Source of the DNA: Escherichia coli
GTDB taxonomy: Bacteria > Pseudomonadota > Gammaproteobacteria > Enterobacterales > Enterobacteriaceae
Reading direction: 5' to 3' (one strand)
Length of the DNA: 64,000 nt
Assembly (NCBI RefSeq): GCF_050920415.1
Contig: NZ_CP169309.1
The position numbers and the translations under genes are program-made. Below the pieces are notes generated by a model. The model ran no database searches, was not told the DNA's origin, and was given only the letters and a program-made list of their open reading frames with translations. Positions 12,514-25,309 of the stretch are shown one piece after another. Positions within the stretch are counted from its first letter, which is position 1. Every line of letters begins with the position of its first letter.

Positions 12514-13701
12514 GAGTTCCCCGCGCCAGCGGGGATAAACCGCTCGCGTATACTCTCTGCCAACGTCTCCAGATGAGTTCCCCGCGCCAGCGGGGATAAA
12601 CCGGCGGGATTATCGGCACTGACGTCGGCGCTGTGGAGTTCCCCGCGCCAGCGGGGATAAACCGGGTCGCTTCCATATATGAACCTTGAGGATTAGGAGT
12701 TCCCCGCGCCAGCGGGGATAAACCGGTTCCATGCACTGCCCGCAGTGTCAGCCGTACGAGTTCCCCGCGCCAGCGGGGATAAACCGGTAAATCATACGTT
12801 GGCATCAGTATTTTTCTCGAGTTCCCCGCGCCAGCGGGGATAAACCGACTCCGCGCCATTTGAGAATTCTCAGTTCTGCGAGTTCCCCGCGCCAGCGGGG
12901 ATAAACCGCTACTGCTGTCAGACGGCAGGGCAAAACAGCGGAGTTCCCCGCGCCAGCGGGGATAAACCGGACGTGCGGATGCTGTTTCTGGTTTTACCTC
13001 CGAGTTCCCCGCGCCAGCGGGGATAAACCGTTTTTTCTCAGCGTCTGGCAGAGCTAATCGCCGAGTTCCCCGCGCCAGCGGGGATAAACCGGTGTCAAAT
13101 TTCATGTAATTGATGATCCAGCTGAGTTCCCCGCGCCAGCGGGGATAAACCGGGTATTTCTCGTTAACACGGTCGTATCAAAACGAGTTCCCCGCGCCAG
13201 CGGGGATAAACCGAGGGGTTGCAACCATAGCCCTTAGTTGATTGCGAGTTCCCCGCGCCAGCGGGGATAAACCGCCAGTGGATTTTAATAAACTCTCCAG
13301 CGAGCAGAGTTCCCCGCGCCAGCGGGGATAAACCGTTCGCCACGTCAGGCGTGATTTCCTGCACTGAGAGTTCCCCGCGCCAGCGGGGATAAACAGGGCG
13401 CGTCTGCGCCCGCTAGGACTCGTGTCAAGAGTTCCCCGCGCCAGCGGGGATAAACCGGGAGTTCAGACATAGGTGGAATGATGGACTACGAGTTCCCCGC
13501 GTTAGCGGGGATAAACCGCCCGGTAGCCAGGTTTGCAACGCCTGAACCGAGAGTTCCCCGCGCCAGCAGGGATAAATCGGCAACGACGGTGAGATTTCAC
13601 GCCTGACGCTGGTGTTCCCCGCATCAGCGGGGATAAACCGGGCGCACTGGATGCGATGATGGATATCACTTAGAATTCCCCGCCCCTGCGGTAGAACTCC
13701 C
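12514..13701 (+). CRISPR. Type I-E CRISPR array: 19 regular 29-bp repeats plus one degenerate terminal repeat, 19 spacers of 32 bp
   Basis: Repeat GAGTTCCCCGCGCCAGCGGGGATAAACCG recurs with an exact 61-bp period from 12514 to 13612. Repeats at 13368, 13490, 13551 and 13612 carry point variants, and a heavily degenerate terminal repeat sits at 13673-13701. Confidence 0.97.
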
Positions 13702-13721
13702 AGCTCCCATTTTCAACCCCA

Positions 13722-14759
13722 TCAAGACGCCTTCGCCAGTTCCTTCACTAGCGGTAGCATTATCCGCATAACGTCACGGCAGCGACGTTCTATTCTTCCA
13801 GGAAGCGCCTTATCAATATGCTGTTGATTATCAAGCCTTACATCATGCCAGCTATTTCCCGCCGGGAAGGCCGGTGTTTTTGCGCGTTGCTGATAACCAT
13901 CCTTATTTCCAAGATTCCAGTTGGTCGCCTCCACCGAAAGTACCGCAATACCGGCTTTGTCGAAAACTTCTGCATCGTTACAACACCCAGTGCCTTTCGG
14001 ATAGTTTTTATTCAAACCTGGATTTGTTGTCGCTGCAATCCCATGATTATGCGCAATTGCCAGCGCTCGATCACGGGTTAATTTCCTGACAGCCTCTGGT
14101 GTATTTACACCACTATTAAAATACAATTTATCGCCAACAATTAAGTTATCGAGATTAATCACCAGCAGCGTATTTTTCTTTTCAGTATCGCTCATGCGCT
14201 TGAGTAAATTCTCAGCGCCTAATTTCCCTTCTTCTTCTCCACTGGTTGCCACAAAACGAATACCATACTCGGTAGGCGTATTTTTCAGACGTTCAGCCAG
14301 TTCCAGCATGACACCTAAACCTGCGGCGTTATCATCCATTCCTTGTAATGTCAGCCCGCCGAGATTGGCATCGGCGTCGGCATCGCTCAGTGGAGCGTAC
14401 GTATCAAGATGCGCCATAATAATGATCTGCTGCGGCGCTTTGCCTTCATGAGCGGCAATCACCGTACTTCCCGTCACGTTGTGCCAGTTTTTGCGGTTAT
14501 CGCGGGCGGTGTAAATATATCGGCTATTAAATGTCCGAATATCACTGCGATAACCCATCTGTTGAAACTGTTGGCGAATATAATCGGCAGATAACATTTC
14601 TGCAGGAGTTCCGGTCATGCGTCCCGGAAAGAAAGTAGCAATATGTCGTGCCTGTGTATTAGCAAAATCACCAGGTTTAGGTGACGAGGCGTGTACGGGG
14701 AGAATAAAGCATACGCCGAGCGCCAGGGCAGCGGTACGGTGGCGCAATGCGGAAAACAT
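13722..14759 (-). CDS. iap: Alkaline phosphatase isozyme conversion aminopeptidase
   Basis: 345-aa ORF with a signal peptide and M28-type aminopeptidase sequence; convergent with the CRISPR array. Confidence 0.92.
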   Translation of the reverse strand: MFSALRHRTAALALGVCFILPVHASSPKPGDFANTQARHIATFFPGRMTGTPAEMLSADYIRQQFQQMGYRSDIRTFNSRYIYTARDNRKNWHNVTGSTVIAAHEGKAPQQIIIMAHLDTYAPLSDADADANLGGLTLQGMDDNAAGLGVMLELAERLKNTPTEYGIRFVATSGEEEGKLGAENLLKRMSDTEKKNTLLVINLDNLIVGDKLYFNSGVNTPEAVRKLTRDRALAIAHNHGIAATTNPGLNKNYPKGTGCCNDAEVFDKAGIAVLSVEATNWNLGNKDGYQQRAKTPAFPAGNSWHDVRLDNQQHIDKALPGRIERRCRDVMRIMLPLVKELAKAS

Positions 14760-15010
14760 AGTGAGTCCTTAAATACCATGCAAATTTTTTTACCGCCATA
14801 GTATGAAACTGCCGCTGCGCTAAAACAATTTCAAATCTTCCTAAACGCCCGAAATCCGGTGCCTTAAGCACTTTTTGATATTAGCTTTGCCAAATCGTTA
14901 TTCCGTTAAGGAACTACTCATTCTAATTGGTAATTTCATTCGTTCTCTTACGCTCCCTATAGTCGAAACATCTGATGGCAAGAAAATAGCGGTATTGCAA
15001 AGGAACGGTT
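14760..15010 (+). promoter_or_regulatory. iap/cysD divergent promoter region (CysB-dependent cysDNC promoter expected here)
   Basis: Non-coding AT-rich region between divergent iap and cysD; exact motifs not resolved. Confidence 0.35.
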
Positions 15011-15919
15011 ATGGATCAAAAACGACTTACTCACCTGCGGCAACTGGAGGCGGAAAGCATCCACATTATTCGCGAGGTGGCGGCAGAATTCTCAAATCCG
15101 GTGATGCTCTACTCTATCGGTAAAGATTCCAGCGTCATGCTGCATCTGGCGCGCAAGGCGTTTTATCCGGGTACGCTGCCTTTCCCTCTGCTGCATGTTG
15201 ATACTGGCTGGAAATTCCGCGAGATGTATGAGTTTCGCGATCGTACGGCTAAAGCCTATGGCTGCGAGTTGCTGGTGCATAAAAACCCGGAAGGCGTGGC
15301 GATGGGGATTAATCCATTCGTACACGGCAGCGCAAAACATACCGATATTATGAAAACCGAAGGTTTGAAGCAGGCGTTGAACAAGTACGGTTTTGATGCC
15401 GCCTTCGGTGGCGCACGTCGTGACGAAGAGAAATCCCGCGCTAAGGAGCGAATCTACTCTTTCCGTGACCGCTTCCATCGCTGGGACCCGAAAAATCAGC
15501 GCCCGGAGCTGTGGCACAACTACAACGGGCAAATTAACAAAGGCGAAAGTATCCGCGTTTTCCCGCTCTCTAACTGGACCGAGCAGGATATCTGGCAATA
15601 CATCTGGCTGGAAAATATCGACATTGTCCCGCTGTATCTCGCTGCTGAACGTCCGGTTCTGGAACGCGACGGTATGTTGATGATGATTGATGACAACCGT
15701 ATCGACCTGCAACCGGGCGAAGTGATTAAAAAACGGATGGTGCGTTTCCGTACGCTGGGCTGCTGGCCGCTGACCGGCGCGGTGGAGTCAAATGCGCAAA
15801 CACTACCGGAAATCATCGAAGAGATGCTGGTTTCCACCACCAGTGAACGTCAGGGGCGCGTGATTGACCGCGACCAGGCGGGATCCATGGAGCTGAAAAA
15901 ACGTCAGGGGTATTTTTAA
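15011..15919 (+). CDS. cysD: Sulfate adenylyltransferase subunit 2
   Basis: 302-aa ORF, PAPS reductase/ATP sulfurylase small-subunit family; heads the cysDNC operon. Confidence 0.95.
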   Translation: MDQKRLTHLRQLEAESIHIIREVAAEFSNPVMLYSIGKDSSVMLHLARKAFYPGTLPFPLLHVDTGWKFREMYEFRDRTAKAYGCELLVHKNPEGVAMGINPFVHGSAKHTDIMKTEGLKQALNKYGFDAAFGGARRDEEKSRAKERIYSFRDRFHRWDPKNQRPELWHNYNGQINKGESIRVFPLSNWTEQDIWQYIWLENIDIVPLYLAAERPVLERDGMLMMIDDNRIDLQPGEVIKKRMVRFRTLGCWPLTGAVESNAQTLPEIIEEMLVSTTSERQGRVIDRDQAGSMELKKRQGYF

Positions 15920-15920
15920 G

Positions 15921-17348
15921 ATGAACACCGCACTTGCACAACAAATCGCCAATGAAGGCGGCGTCGAAGCCTGGATGATTGCGCAACAACATAAAAGCCT
16001 GCTGCGTTTTCTGACCTGTGGTAGCGTCGATGACGGCAAAAGTACCCTGATTGGTCGCCTGCTGCACGATACCCGCCAAATCTACGAAGATCAGCTCTCA
16101 TCACTGCATAACGACAGTAAACGTCACGGCACCCAGGGCGAAAAGCTGGATCTGGCACTGCTGGTGGACGGCCTGCAAGCTGAGCGCGAACAGGGCATCA
16201 CTATTGATGTGGCCTACCGCTATTTCTCTACCGAGAAGCGTAAATTTATTATCGCCGACACCCCAGGGCACGAGCAGTACACCCGCAATATGGCGACTGG
16301 CGCATCGACATGCGAACTGGCGATCTTACTGATCGATGCCCGTAAAGGCGTGCTCGATCAAACGCGTCGTCACAGTTTTATCTCCACGCTGTTGGGTATC
16401 AAACATCTGATCGTGGCGATCAACAAAATGGATCTGGTGGATTACAGCGAAGAGACGTTCACCCGCATTCGTGAAGATTATCTGACCTTTGCCGAGCAGT
16501 TGCCGGGTAATCTGGATATTCGCTTTGTGCCGCTCTCCGCGCTGGAAGGCGACAACGTGGCTTCGCAAAGTGAAAGCATGCCGTGGTACAGCGGTCCGAC
16601 ACTACTCGAAGTACTGGAAACCGTGGAGATACAGCGAGTGGTGGATGCCCAGCCAATGCGCTTTCCGGTGCAGTACGTTAACCGCCCGAATCTTGATTTT
16701 CGTGGCTACGCCGGAACGCTGGCATCCGGTCGCGTGGAAGTCGGGCAACGAGTCAAAGTGTTGCCTTCGGGAGTGGAGTCAAACATTGCGCGGATCGTGA
16801 CTTTTGATGGCGATCGCGAAGAAGCCTTTGCCGGAGAAGCGATCACCCTGGTGCTAACGGATGAGATCGACATCAGCCGTGGTGATCTGCTGCTGGCGGC
16901 AGACGAAGCGCTACCGGCAGTGCAGAGCGCGTCGGTGGATGTGGTGTGGATGGCGGAACAGCCACTTTCCCCTGGACAAAGCTACGACATCAAAATTGCC
17001 GGTAAGAAGACGCGTGCCCGTGTTGATGGTATTCGCTATCAGGTTGATATTAATAACCTTACTCAACGCGAAGTTGAAAATCTGCCGCTAAACGGCATTG
17101 GTTTGGTGGATCTCACTTTTGACGAGCCGCTGGTGTTAGATCGTTATCAGCAAAACCCGGTTACTGGTGGGCTGATTTTTATCGATCGCCTGAGCAATGT
17201 GACCGTGGGTGCCGGTATGGTGCACGAGCCAGTTAGCCAGGCTACTGCTGTGACATCTGAATTCAGTGCATTCGAACTGGAATTGAATGCCCTGGTCCGT
17301 CGTCATTTCCCGCACTGGGGCGCTCGCGATTTACGGGGAGATAAATAA
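15921..17348 (+). CDS. cysN: Sulfate adenylyltransferase subunit 1 (GTPase)
   Basis: 475-aa ORF with a GTP-binding P-loop (GSVDDGKST); starts 2 nt after the cysD stop. Confidence 0.95.
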   Translation: MNTALAQQIANEGGVEAWMIAQQHKSLLRFLTCGSVDDGKSTLIGRLLHDTRQIYEDQLSSLHNDSKRHGTQGEKLDLALLVDGLQAEREQGITIDVAYRYFSTEKRKFIIADTPGHEQYTRNMATGASTCELAILLIDARKGVLDQTRRHSFISTLLGIKHLIVAINKMDLVDYSEETFTRIREDYLTFAEQLPGNLDIRFVPLSALEGDNVASQSESMPWYSGPTLLEVLETVEIQRVVDAQPMRFPVQYVNRPNLDFRGYAGTLASGRVEVGQRVKVLPSGVESNIARIVTFDGDREEAFAGEAITLVLTDEIDISRGDLLLAADEALPAVQSASVDVVWMAEQPLSPGQSYDIKIAGKKTRARVDGIRYQVDINNLTQREVENLPLNGIGLVDLTFDEPLVLDRYQQNPVTGGLIFIDRLSNVTVGAGMVHEPVSQATAVTSEFSAFELELNALVRRHFPHWGARDLRGDK

Positions 17349-17953
17349 TGGCGCTGCATGACGAAAACGTCGTCTGGCATAGCCACCCAGTAACTCCGCA
17401 ACAACGCGAACAGCACCACGGTCATCGTGGTGTTGTGCTGTGGTTTACCGGCCTCTCTGGTTCCGGTAAATCAACCGTCGCGGGGGCGCTGGAGGAGGCG
17501 TTACATAACCTTGGTGTCAGTACGTATTTGCTGGATGGCGACAACGTCCGCCACGGCTTATGCAGCGATCTCGGTTTTAGCGATGCCGATCGTAAAGAGA
17601 ATATCCGTCGCGTCGGTGAAGTGGCGAATTTAATGGTTGAAGCTGGACTGGTGGTGCTGACCGCGTTTATCTCGCCACACCGCGCCGAACGCCAGATGGT
17701 CCGCGAACGCGTAGGAGAAGGGCGTTTTATCGAAGTGTTTGTCGATACGCCGCTGGCGATTTGCGAGGCCCGCGATCCAAAAGGCTTATATAAGAAAGCA
17801 CGTGCCGGTGAACTGCGTAACTTTACGGGAATAGATTCCGTTTACGAAGCACCTGAATCGGCAGAAATTCATCTCAATGGTGAACAATTAGTAACAAATT
17901 TGGTACAGCAATTATTAGATCTGTTGAGACAGAACGATATTATCAGATCCTGA
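17348..17953 (+). CDS. cysC: Adenylylsulfate (APS) kinase
   Basis: 201-aa ORF with a P-loop (GLSGSGKST); 1-nt overlap with cysN (TAATG). Confidence 0.95.
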   Translation: MALHDENVVWHSHPVTPQQREQHHGHRGVVLWFTGLSGSGKSTVAGALEEALHNLGVSTYLLDGDNVRHGLCSDLGFSDADRKENIRRVGEVANLMVEAGLVVLTAFISPHRAERQMVRERVGEGRFIEVFVDTPLAICEARDPKGLYKKARAGELRNFTGIDSVYEAPESAEIHLNGEQLVTNLVQQLLDLLRQNDIIRS

Positions 17954-18002
17954 GACACCACCGGGTTTCCATGCCCGGTTCGTCAAAGTAACAGGATCAA
18001 AT

Positions 18003-18326
18003 ATGCGTAATAGCCATAACATTACACTAACAAATAACGACAGCCTTACTGAGGATGAAGAAACCACATGGTCACTGCCAGGTGCTGTGGTTGGTTTTGT
18101 CTCCTGGTTATTTGCGCTGGCGATGCCGATGTTGATTTATGGCTCTAACACGCTGTTCTTCTTTATCTACACCTGGCCTTTCTTTCTGGCACTGATGCCT
18201 GTCGCGGTGGTGGTGGGGATTGCACTGCATTCATTGATGGACGGAAAGCTACGCTACAGTATTGTTTTCACCCTTGTGACAGTCGGCATTATGTTTGGCG
18301 CACTGTTTATGTGGCTACTGGGCTAA
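18003..18326 (+). CDS. ygbE: Small inner-membrane protein YgbE
   Basis: 107-aa hydrophobic ORF in the conserved position between cysC and ftsB. Confidence 0.8.
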   Translation: MRNSHNITLTNNDSLTEDEETTWSLPGAVVGFVSWLFALAMPMLIYGSNTLFFFIYTWPFFLALMPVAVVVGIALHSLMDGKLRYSIVFTLVTVGIMFGALFMWLLG

Positions 18327-18519
18327 TTTGTACTTTCCCGTCTCCTCTGTTCATAATTCAAACCGTAACGAATAATGAGATTATGTTCTGCACGCCCTGG
18401 GTATACGTAACAATGGACAAATGTGGTACATTTGCCCGCGTTGTCGCGGTATCCCCAACAGAGGATGTAGAGTCGTCTTCGGATGCATGGGATGATGATG
18501 CCGTTTTTCAGGGGGCAGG

Positions 18520-18831
18520 ATGGGTAAACTAACGCTGCTGTTGCTGGCTATTCTGGTCTGGCTACAGTATTCGCTGTGGTTCGGTAAGAACGGTATACAT
18601 GACTATACCCGCGTCAATGATGATGTGGCGGCACAGCAAGCTACAAACGCGAAACTTAAAGCGCGAAACGATCAACTTTTTGCCGAAATTGACGATCTCA
18701 ATGGCGGCCAGGAGGCGCTCGAAGAGCGTGCGCGTAATGAACTCAGCATGACCAGGCCGGGCGAAACTTTTTATCGTCTGGTGCCTGACGCGTCGAAACG
18801 CGCACAGTCTGCGGGGCAAAACAATCGATAA
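18520..18831 (+). CDS. ftsB: Cell division protein FtsB
   Basis: 103-aa ORF with an N-terminal transmembrane segment and coiled coil. Confidence 0.92.
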
Positions 18832-18849
18832 ATCAGCCCGGGAATTAAC

Positions 18850-19560
18850 ATGGCAACCACTCATTTGGATGTTTGCGCCGTGGTTCCGGCGGCCGGATTT
18901 GGCCGTCGAATGCAAACGGAATGTCCTAAGCAATATCTCTCAATCGGTAATCAAACCATTCTTGAACACTCGGTGCATGCGCTGCTGGCGCATCCCCGGG
19001 TGAAGCATGTCGTCATTGCCATAAGTCCTGGCGATAGCCGTTTTGCACAACTTCCTCTGGCGAATCATCCGCAAATCACCGTTGTAGATGGCGGTGATGA
19101 GCGTGCCGATTCGGTACTGGCAGGTCTGAAAGCCGCTGGCGATGCGCAGTGGGTATTGGTGCATGACGCCGCTCGTCCTTGTCTGCATCAGGATGACCTT
19201 GCGCGATTGTTGGCGTTGAGCGAAACCAGTCGCACAGGGGGGATCCTCGCCGCACCGGTGCGCGATACCATGAAACGTGCCGAACCTGGCAAAAATGCCA
19301 TTGCTCATACCGTTGATCGCAACGGCTTATGGCACGCGCTGACGCCGCAATTTTTCCCTCGTGAGCTGTTACATGACTGTCTGACGCGCGCTTTAAATGA
19401 AGGTGCGACTATTACCGACGAAGCCTCGGCGCTGGAATATTGCGGATTCCATCCGCAGTTGGTCGAAGGCCGTGCGGATAACATTAAAGTCACGCGTCCG
19501 GAAGATTTGGCACTGGCCGAGTTTTACCTCACCCGAACCATCCATCAGGAGAATACATAA
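18850..19560 (+). CDS. ispD: 2-C-methyl-D-erythritol 4-phosphate cytidylyltransferase
   Basis: 236-aa ORF, IspD family ([10 protein letters not shown]). Confidence 0.95.
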   Translation: MATTHLDVCAVVPAAGFGRRMQTECPKQYLSIGNQTILEHSVHALLAHPRVKHVVIAISPGDSRFAQLPLANHPQITVVDGGDERADSVLAGLKAAGDAQWVLVHDAARPCLHQDDLARLLALSETSRTGGILAAPVRDTMKRAEPGKNAIAHTVDRNGLWHALTPQFFPRELLHDCLTRALNEGATITDEASALEYCGFHPQLVEGRADNIKVTRPEDLALAEFYLTRTIHQENT

Positions 19561-20039
19561 TGCGAATTGGACACGGTTTTGACGTACACGCCTTTGGCGG
19601 TGAAGGCCCAATTATCATTGGTGGCGTACGCATTCCTTACGAAAAAGGGTTGCTGGCGCATTCTGATGGCGACGTGGCGTTACATGCACTGACCGATGCA
19701 TTGCTTGGTGCAGCGGCGTTGGGGGATATCGGCAAGCTGTTCCCGGATACCGATCCATCATTTAAAGGGGCCGACAGCCGCGAATTGCTGCGCGAAGCCT
19801 GGCGTCGTATTCAGGCGAAGGGGTATACCCTCGGTAACGTCGATGTCACTATCATCGCTCAGGCACCGAAGATGTTGCCGCATATTCCACAAATGCGCGT
19901 GTTTATTGCCGAAGATCTCGGCTGCCATATGGATGATGTTAACGTGAAAGCCACTACTACGGAAAAATTAGGATTTACCGGGCGTGGGGAAGGGATTGCC
20001 TGTGAAGCGGTGGCGCTACTCATTAAGGCAACAAAATGA
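19560..20039 (+). CDS. ispF: 2-C-methyl-D-erythritol 2,4-cyclodiphosphate synthase
   Basis: 159-aa ORF, IspF family; 1-nt overlap with ispD. Confidence 0.95.
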   Translation: MRIGHGFDVHAFGGEGPIIIGGVRIPYEKGLLAHSDGDVALHALTDALLGAAALGDIGKLFPDTDPSFKGADSRELLREAWRRIQAKGYTLGNVDVTIIAQAPKMLPHIPQMRVFIAEDLGCHMDDVNVKATTTEKLGFTGRGEGIACEAVALLIKATK

Positions 20040-21065
20040 TTGAGTTTGATAATCTCACTTACCTCCACGGTAAACCGCAAGGTACCGGGCTGCTGAAAGC
20101 CAATCCGGAAGACTTTGTGGTGGTGGAAGATTTGGGCTTTGAGCCTGATGGTGAAGGTGAGCATATTCTGGTTAGAATCCTCAAAAACGGCTGTAATACC
20201 CGTTTTGTGGCGGATGCACTGGCGAAATTCCTGAAAATTCATGCCCGTGAAGTCAGCTTCGCTGGGCAAAAAGACAAACATGCTGTTACGGAACAGTGGT
20301 TATGCGCTCGCGTGCCAGGCAAAGAGATGCCCGATCTCAGTGCTTTTCAACTGGAAGGTTGTCAGGTGCTGGAGTATGCGCGGCACAAGCGTAAGCTGCG
20401 TTTAGGGGCGCTGAAAGGTAACGCTTTTACCCTGGTACTCCGCGAAGTGAGCAATCGTGATGACGTTGAACAACGTCTGATCGATATTTGCGTAAAAGGT
20501 GTACCGAACTACTTTGGTGCCCAACGTTTTGGTATTAGCGGCAGCAACTTGCAGGGTGCGCTGCGCTGGGCGCAAACCAATACTCCGGTGCGTGATCGCA
20601 ATAAACGGAGTTTTTGGTTGTCGGCAGCCCGCAGTGCGTTGTTTAATCAGATTGTTGCTGAGCGCCTCAAAAAAGCAGACGTTAATCAAGTTGTTGACGG
20701 CGATGCGCTACAATTAGCCGGACGTGGCAGCTGGTTTGTTGCCTCCAATGAAGAACTGGCGGAATTACAGCGTCGCGTCAACGATAAAGAGCTGATGATT
20801 ACTGCTGCATTGCCGGGCAGTGGCGAATGGGGAACTCAGCGTGAAGCGCTGGCATTCGAACAAGCAGCTGTCGCCGAAGAAACTGAATTGCAAGCCTTAC
20901 TGGTGCGCGAAAAAGTTGAAGCCGCGCGCAGAGCGATGCTGCTGTATCCGCAACAATTAAGCTGGAACTGGTGGGATGACGTCACCGTAGAAATCCGTTT
21001 CTGGCTTCCGGCAGGCAGTTTTGCGACCAGCGTTGTCAGGGAACTTATCAACACAACAGGTGATT

Positions 21066-21085
<20 letters not shown>
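20036..21085 (+). CDS. truD: tRNA pseudouridine(13) synthase
   Basis: 349-aa ORF; 4-nt overlap with ispF. Confidence 0.93.
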
Positions 21086-22447
<1,362 letters not shown>

Positions 22448-22586
22448 AACGTGAGGAAATACCTGGATTTTTCCTGGTTATTTTGCCGCAGGTCAGCGTA
22501 TCGTGAACATCTTTTCCAGTGTTCAGTATGGTGCCTTGCACGGTAATTATGTCACTGGTTATTAACCAATTTTTCTTGGGGGATAA

Positions 22587-23726
22587 ATGAGCGCGGGAAG
22601 CCCAAAATTCACCGTTCGCCGCATTGCGGCTTTGTCACTGGTTTCGCTATGGCTGGCAGGCTGTTCTGACACTTCAAATCCACCGGCACCGGTCAGCTCC
22701 GTTAATGGCAATGCGTCTGCAAACACCAATTCTGGTATGTTGATTACGCCGCCGCCGAAAATGGGGACGACGTCTACAACGCAGCAACCGCAAATTCAGC
22801 CGGTACAGCAGCCACAAATTCAATCTGCACAACAACCGCAAATCCAGCCGGTGCAGCCAGTTGCTCAGCCGCCGGTACAGATGGAAAACGGACGCATCGT
22901 CTACAACCGTCAGTATGGGAACATTCCGAAAGGCAGTTATAGCGGCAGTACATACACCGTGAAAAAAGGCGACACACTTTTCTATATCGCCTGGATTACT
23001 GGCAATGATTTCCGTGACCTTGCTCAGCGCAACAATATTCAGGCACCATACGCGCTGAATGTAGGTCAGACCTTACAGGTGGGTAATGCTTCCGGTACGC
23101 CAATCACTGGTGGAAATGCCATTACCCAGGCCGATGCAGCAGAGCAAGGAGTTGTGATCAAGCCTGCACAAAATTCCACCGTTGCTGTTGCGTCGCAACC
23201 GACAATTACGTATTCTGAGTCTTCGGGTGAACAGAGTGCTAACAAAATGTTGCCGAACAACAAGCCAACTGGGACCACGGTCACAGCGCCTGTAACGGTA
23301 CCAACAGCAAGCACAACCGAGCCGACTGTCAGCAGTACATCAACCAGTGCGCCTATCTCCACCTGGCGCTGGCCGACTGAGGGCAAAGTGATCGAAACCT
23401 TTGGTGCTTCTGAGGGGGGCAACAAGGGGATTGATATCGCAGGCAGCAAAGGACAGGCAATTATCGCGACCGCAGATGGCCGCGTTGTTTATGCCGGTAA
23501 CGCGCTGCGCGGCTACGGTAATCTGATTATCATCAAACATAATGATGATTACCTGAGTGCCTACGCCCATAACGACACAATGCTGGTCCGGGAACAACAA
23601 GAAGTGAAGGCGGGGCAAAAAATAGCGACTATGGGTAGCACCGGAACCAGTTCAACACGCTTGCATTTTGAAATTCGTTACAAGGGGAAATCCGTAAACC
23701 CGCTGCGCTATTTGCCGCAGCGATAA
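22587..23726 (+). CDS. nlpD: Lipoprotein NlpD (LysM domain plus degenerate M23 peptidase domain; activator of cell-wall amidase)
   Basis: 379-aa ORF with a lipobox (LAGCS), a Q/P-rich repeat linker, LysM and a C-terminal LytM domain. Confidence 0.95.
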   Translation: MSAGSPKFTVRRIAALSLVSLWLAGCSDTSNPPAPVSSVNGNASANTNSGMLITPPPKMGTTSTTQQPQIQPVQQPQIQSAQQPQIQPVQPVAQPPVQMENGRIVYNRQYGNIPKGSYSGSTYTVKKGDTLFYIAWITGNDFRDLAQRNNIQAPYALNVGQTLQVGNASGTPITGGNAITQADAAEQGVVIKPAQNSTVAVASQPTITYSESSGEQSANKMLPNNKPTGTTVTAPVTVPTASTTEPTVSSTSTSAPISTWRWPTEGKVIETFGASEGGNKGIDIAGSKGQAIIATADGRVVYAGNALRGYGNLIIIKHNDDYLSAYAHNDTMLVREQQEVKAGQKIATMGSTGTSSTRLHFEIRYKGKSVNPLRYLPQR

Positions 23727-23788
23727 ATCGGCGGAACCAGGCTTTTGCTTGAATGTTCCGTCAAGGGATCACGGGTAGGAGCCACCTT
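23200..23788 (+). promoter_or_regulatory. Approximate region of the major rpoS promoter and long 5' leader lying inside the nlpD coding sequence
   Basis: Published K-12 work places the main rpoS promoter inside nlpD with a leader of roughly 570 nt; coordinates are approximate and no -10/-35 was pinpointed here. Confidence 0.4.
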
Positions 23789-24781
23789 ATGAGTCAGAAT
23801 ACGCTGAAAGTTCATGATTTAAATGAAGATGCGGAATTTGATGAGAACGGAGTTGAGGTTTTTGACGAAAAGGCCTTAGTAGAAGAGGAACCCAGTGATA
23901 ACGATTTGGCCGAAGAGGAACTGTTATCGCAAGGGGCCACACAGCGTGTGTTGGACGCGACTCAGCTTTACCTTGGTGAGATTGGTTATTCACCACTGTT
24001 AACGGCCGAAGAAGAAGTTTATTTTGCGCGTCGCGCACTGCGAGGAGATGTTGCCTCCCGCCGCCGGATGATCGAGAGTAACTTGCGTCTGGTGGTAAAA
24101 ATTGCCCGCCGTTATGGCAATCGTGGTCTGGCTTTGCTGGATCTTATCGAAGAGGGCAACCTGGGGCTGATCCGCGCGGTAGAGAAGTTTGACCCGGAAC
24201 GTGGTTTCCGCTTCTCAACATACGCAACCTGGTGGATTCGCCAAACGATCGAACGGGCGATTATGAACCAAACCCGTACTATTCGTTTGCCGATTCACAT
24301 CGTAAAGGAGCTGAACGTTTACCTGCGAACCGCACGTGAGTTGTCCCATAAGCTGGACCACGAACCAAGTGCGGAAGAGATCGCAGAGCAGCTGGATAAG
24401 CCAGTTGATGACGTCAGCCGTATGCTTCGTCTTAACGAGCGCATTACCTCGGTAGACACCCCGCTGGGTGGAGATTCCGAAAAAGCGTTGCTGGACATCC
24501 TGGCCGATGAAAAAGAAAACGGCCCGGAAGATACCACGCAAGATGACGATATGAAACAAAGCATCGTCAAATGGCTGTTCGAACTGAACGCCAAACAGCG
24601 TGAAGTGCTGGCACGTCGATTCGGTTTGCTGGGGTACGAAGCGGCAACACTGGAAGATGTAGGTCGTGAAATTGGCCTCACCCGTGAACGTGTTCGCCAG
24701 ATTCAGGTTGAAGGCCTGCGCCGTTTGCGCGAAATCCTGCAAACGCAGGGGCTGAATATCGAAGCGCTGTTCCGCGAATAA
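23789..24781 (+). CDS. rpoS: RNA polymerase sigma factor sigma-S (sigma-38)
   Basis: 330 aa from the ATG at 23789 ([17 protein letters not shown]...); sigma-70 family regions 2-4; codon 33 is GAG (Glu). Confidence 0.96.
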   Translation: MSQNTLKVHDLNEDAEFDENGVEVFDEKALVEEEPSDNDLAEEELLSQGATQRVLDATQLYLGEIGYSPLLTAEEEVYFARRALRGDVASRRRMIESNLRLVVKIARRYGNRGLALLDLIEEGNLGLIRAVEKFDPERGFRFSTYATWWIRQTIERAIMNQTRTIRLPIHIVKELNVYLRTARELSHKLDHEPSAEEIAEQLDKPVDDVSRMLRLNERITSVDTPLGGDSEKALLDILADEKENGPEDTTQDDDMKQSIVKWLFELNAKQREVLARRFGLLGYEAATLEDVGREIGLTRERVRQIQVEGLRRLREILQTQGLNIEALFRE

Positions 24782-24796
24782 GTAAGCATCTGTCAG

Positions 24797-24834
24797 AAAG
24801 GCCAGTCTCTTATGAGGCTGGCCTTTTTCTTTTG
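24797..24834 (+). terminator. Rho-independent terminator of rpoS
   Basis: Hairpin ggccag-N12-ctggcc followed by tttttctttt, 16 nt after the rpoS stop. Confidence 0.65.
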
Positions 24835-24901
24835 TATGGGGAGTTGGTGTGTTTCGTCGCCTGGATAAGACACGTCAGCGTCCCATCCGGCAATCAACAT
24901 C

Positions 24902-25309
24902 CTATTTGCTCATCATCTTGCGCACCAGCTGCATAAACAGCTCCTGCTCTTCTCCACTCAAACGCCCCAAAAATTCCTCATCCACACTGTCGCCAATCGG
25001 TATCGCCGCAGCAAGTACCTTTTCTCCTTCGGCAGTCAGCCAGACAAAGCGTCGCCGCTTATCAGCGGTGTCATGTTCACGTCTGACTAAGCCACGATTT
25101 TCCATTCTTGCCAACATTTCTGCCAGCGTTGCTTTGGTGCTGACGGCTGCTTCCATCAGTGCCACCTGTTCGATACCAGGTTTATCAGCAATGGCGCGCA
25201 TCACCGCGTACTGTGGTTTGGTCAGGTCAGGTAACTCGTGCTGCCAGCGGGCCGTATGCTGCTGAAAAAGCTGTCGTAACTGATGGAACGCTTTATTTCG
25301 TAACGCCAT
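24902..25309 (-). CDS. MarR/SlyA-family transcriptional regulator
   Basis: 135-aa ORF with winged-helix MarR-like sequence; divergent from the decarboxylase operon. Confidence 0.8.
   Translation of the reverse strand: MALRNKAFHQLRQLFQQHTARWQHELPDLTKPQYAVMRAIADKPGIEQVALMEAAVSTKATLAEMLARMENRGLVRREHDTADKRRRFVWLTAEGEKVLAAAIPIGDSVDEEFLGRLSGEEQELFMQLVRKMMSK

Noticed and set aside
12452-13105. 217-aa minus-strand ORF with a reiterated GLSPLARGT...FIPAGAGNS motif
   Set aside because: It is the translation of the CRISPR array itself: the periodic peptide motif is the 29-bp repeat read in frame every 61 bp. Not a gene.
18311-18532. 73-aa ORF in the ygbE-ftsB intergenic region
   Set aside because: It overlaps the ygbE 3' end and the ftsB start with no ribosome-binding site or family signature; this spacer more likely holds the ftsB promoter.
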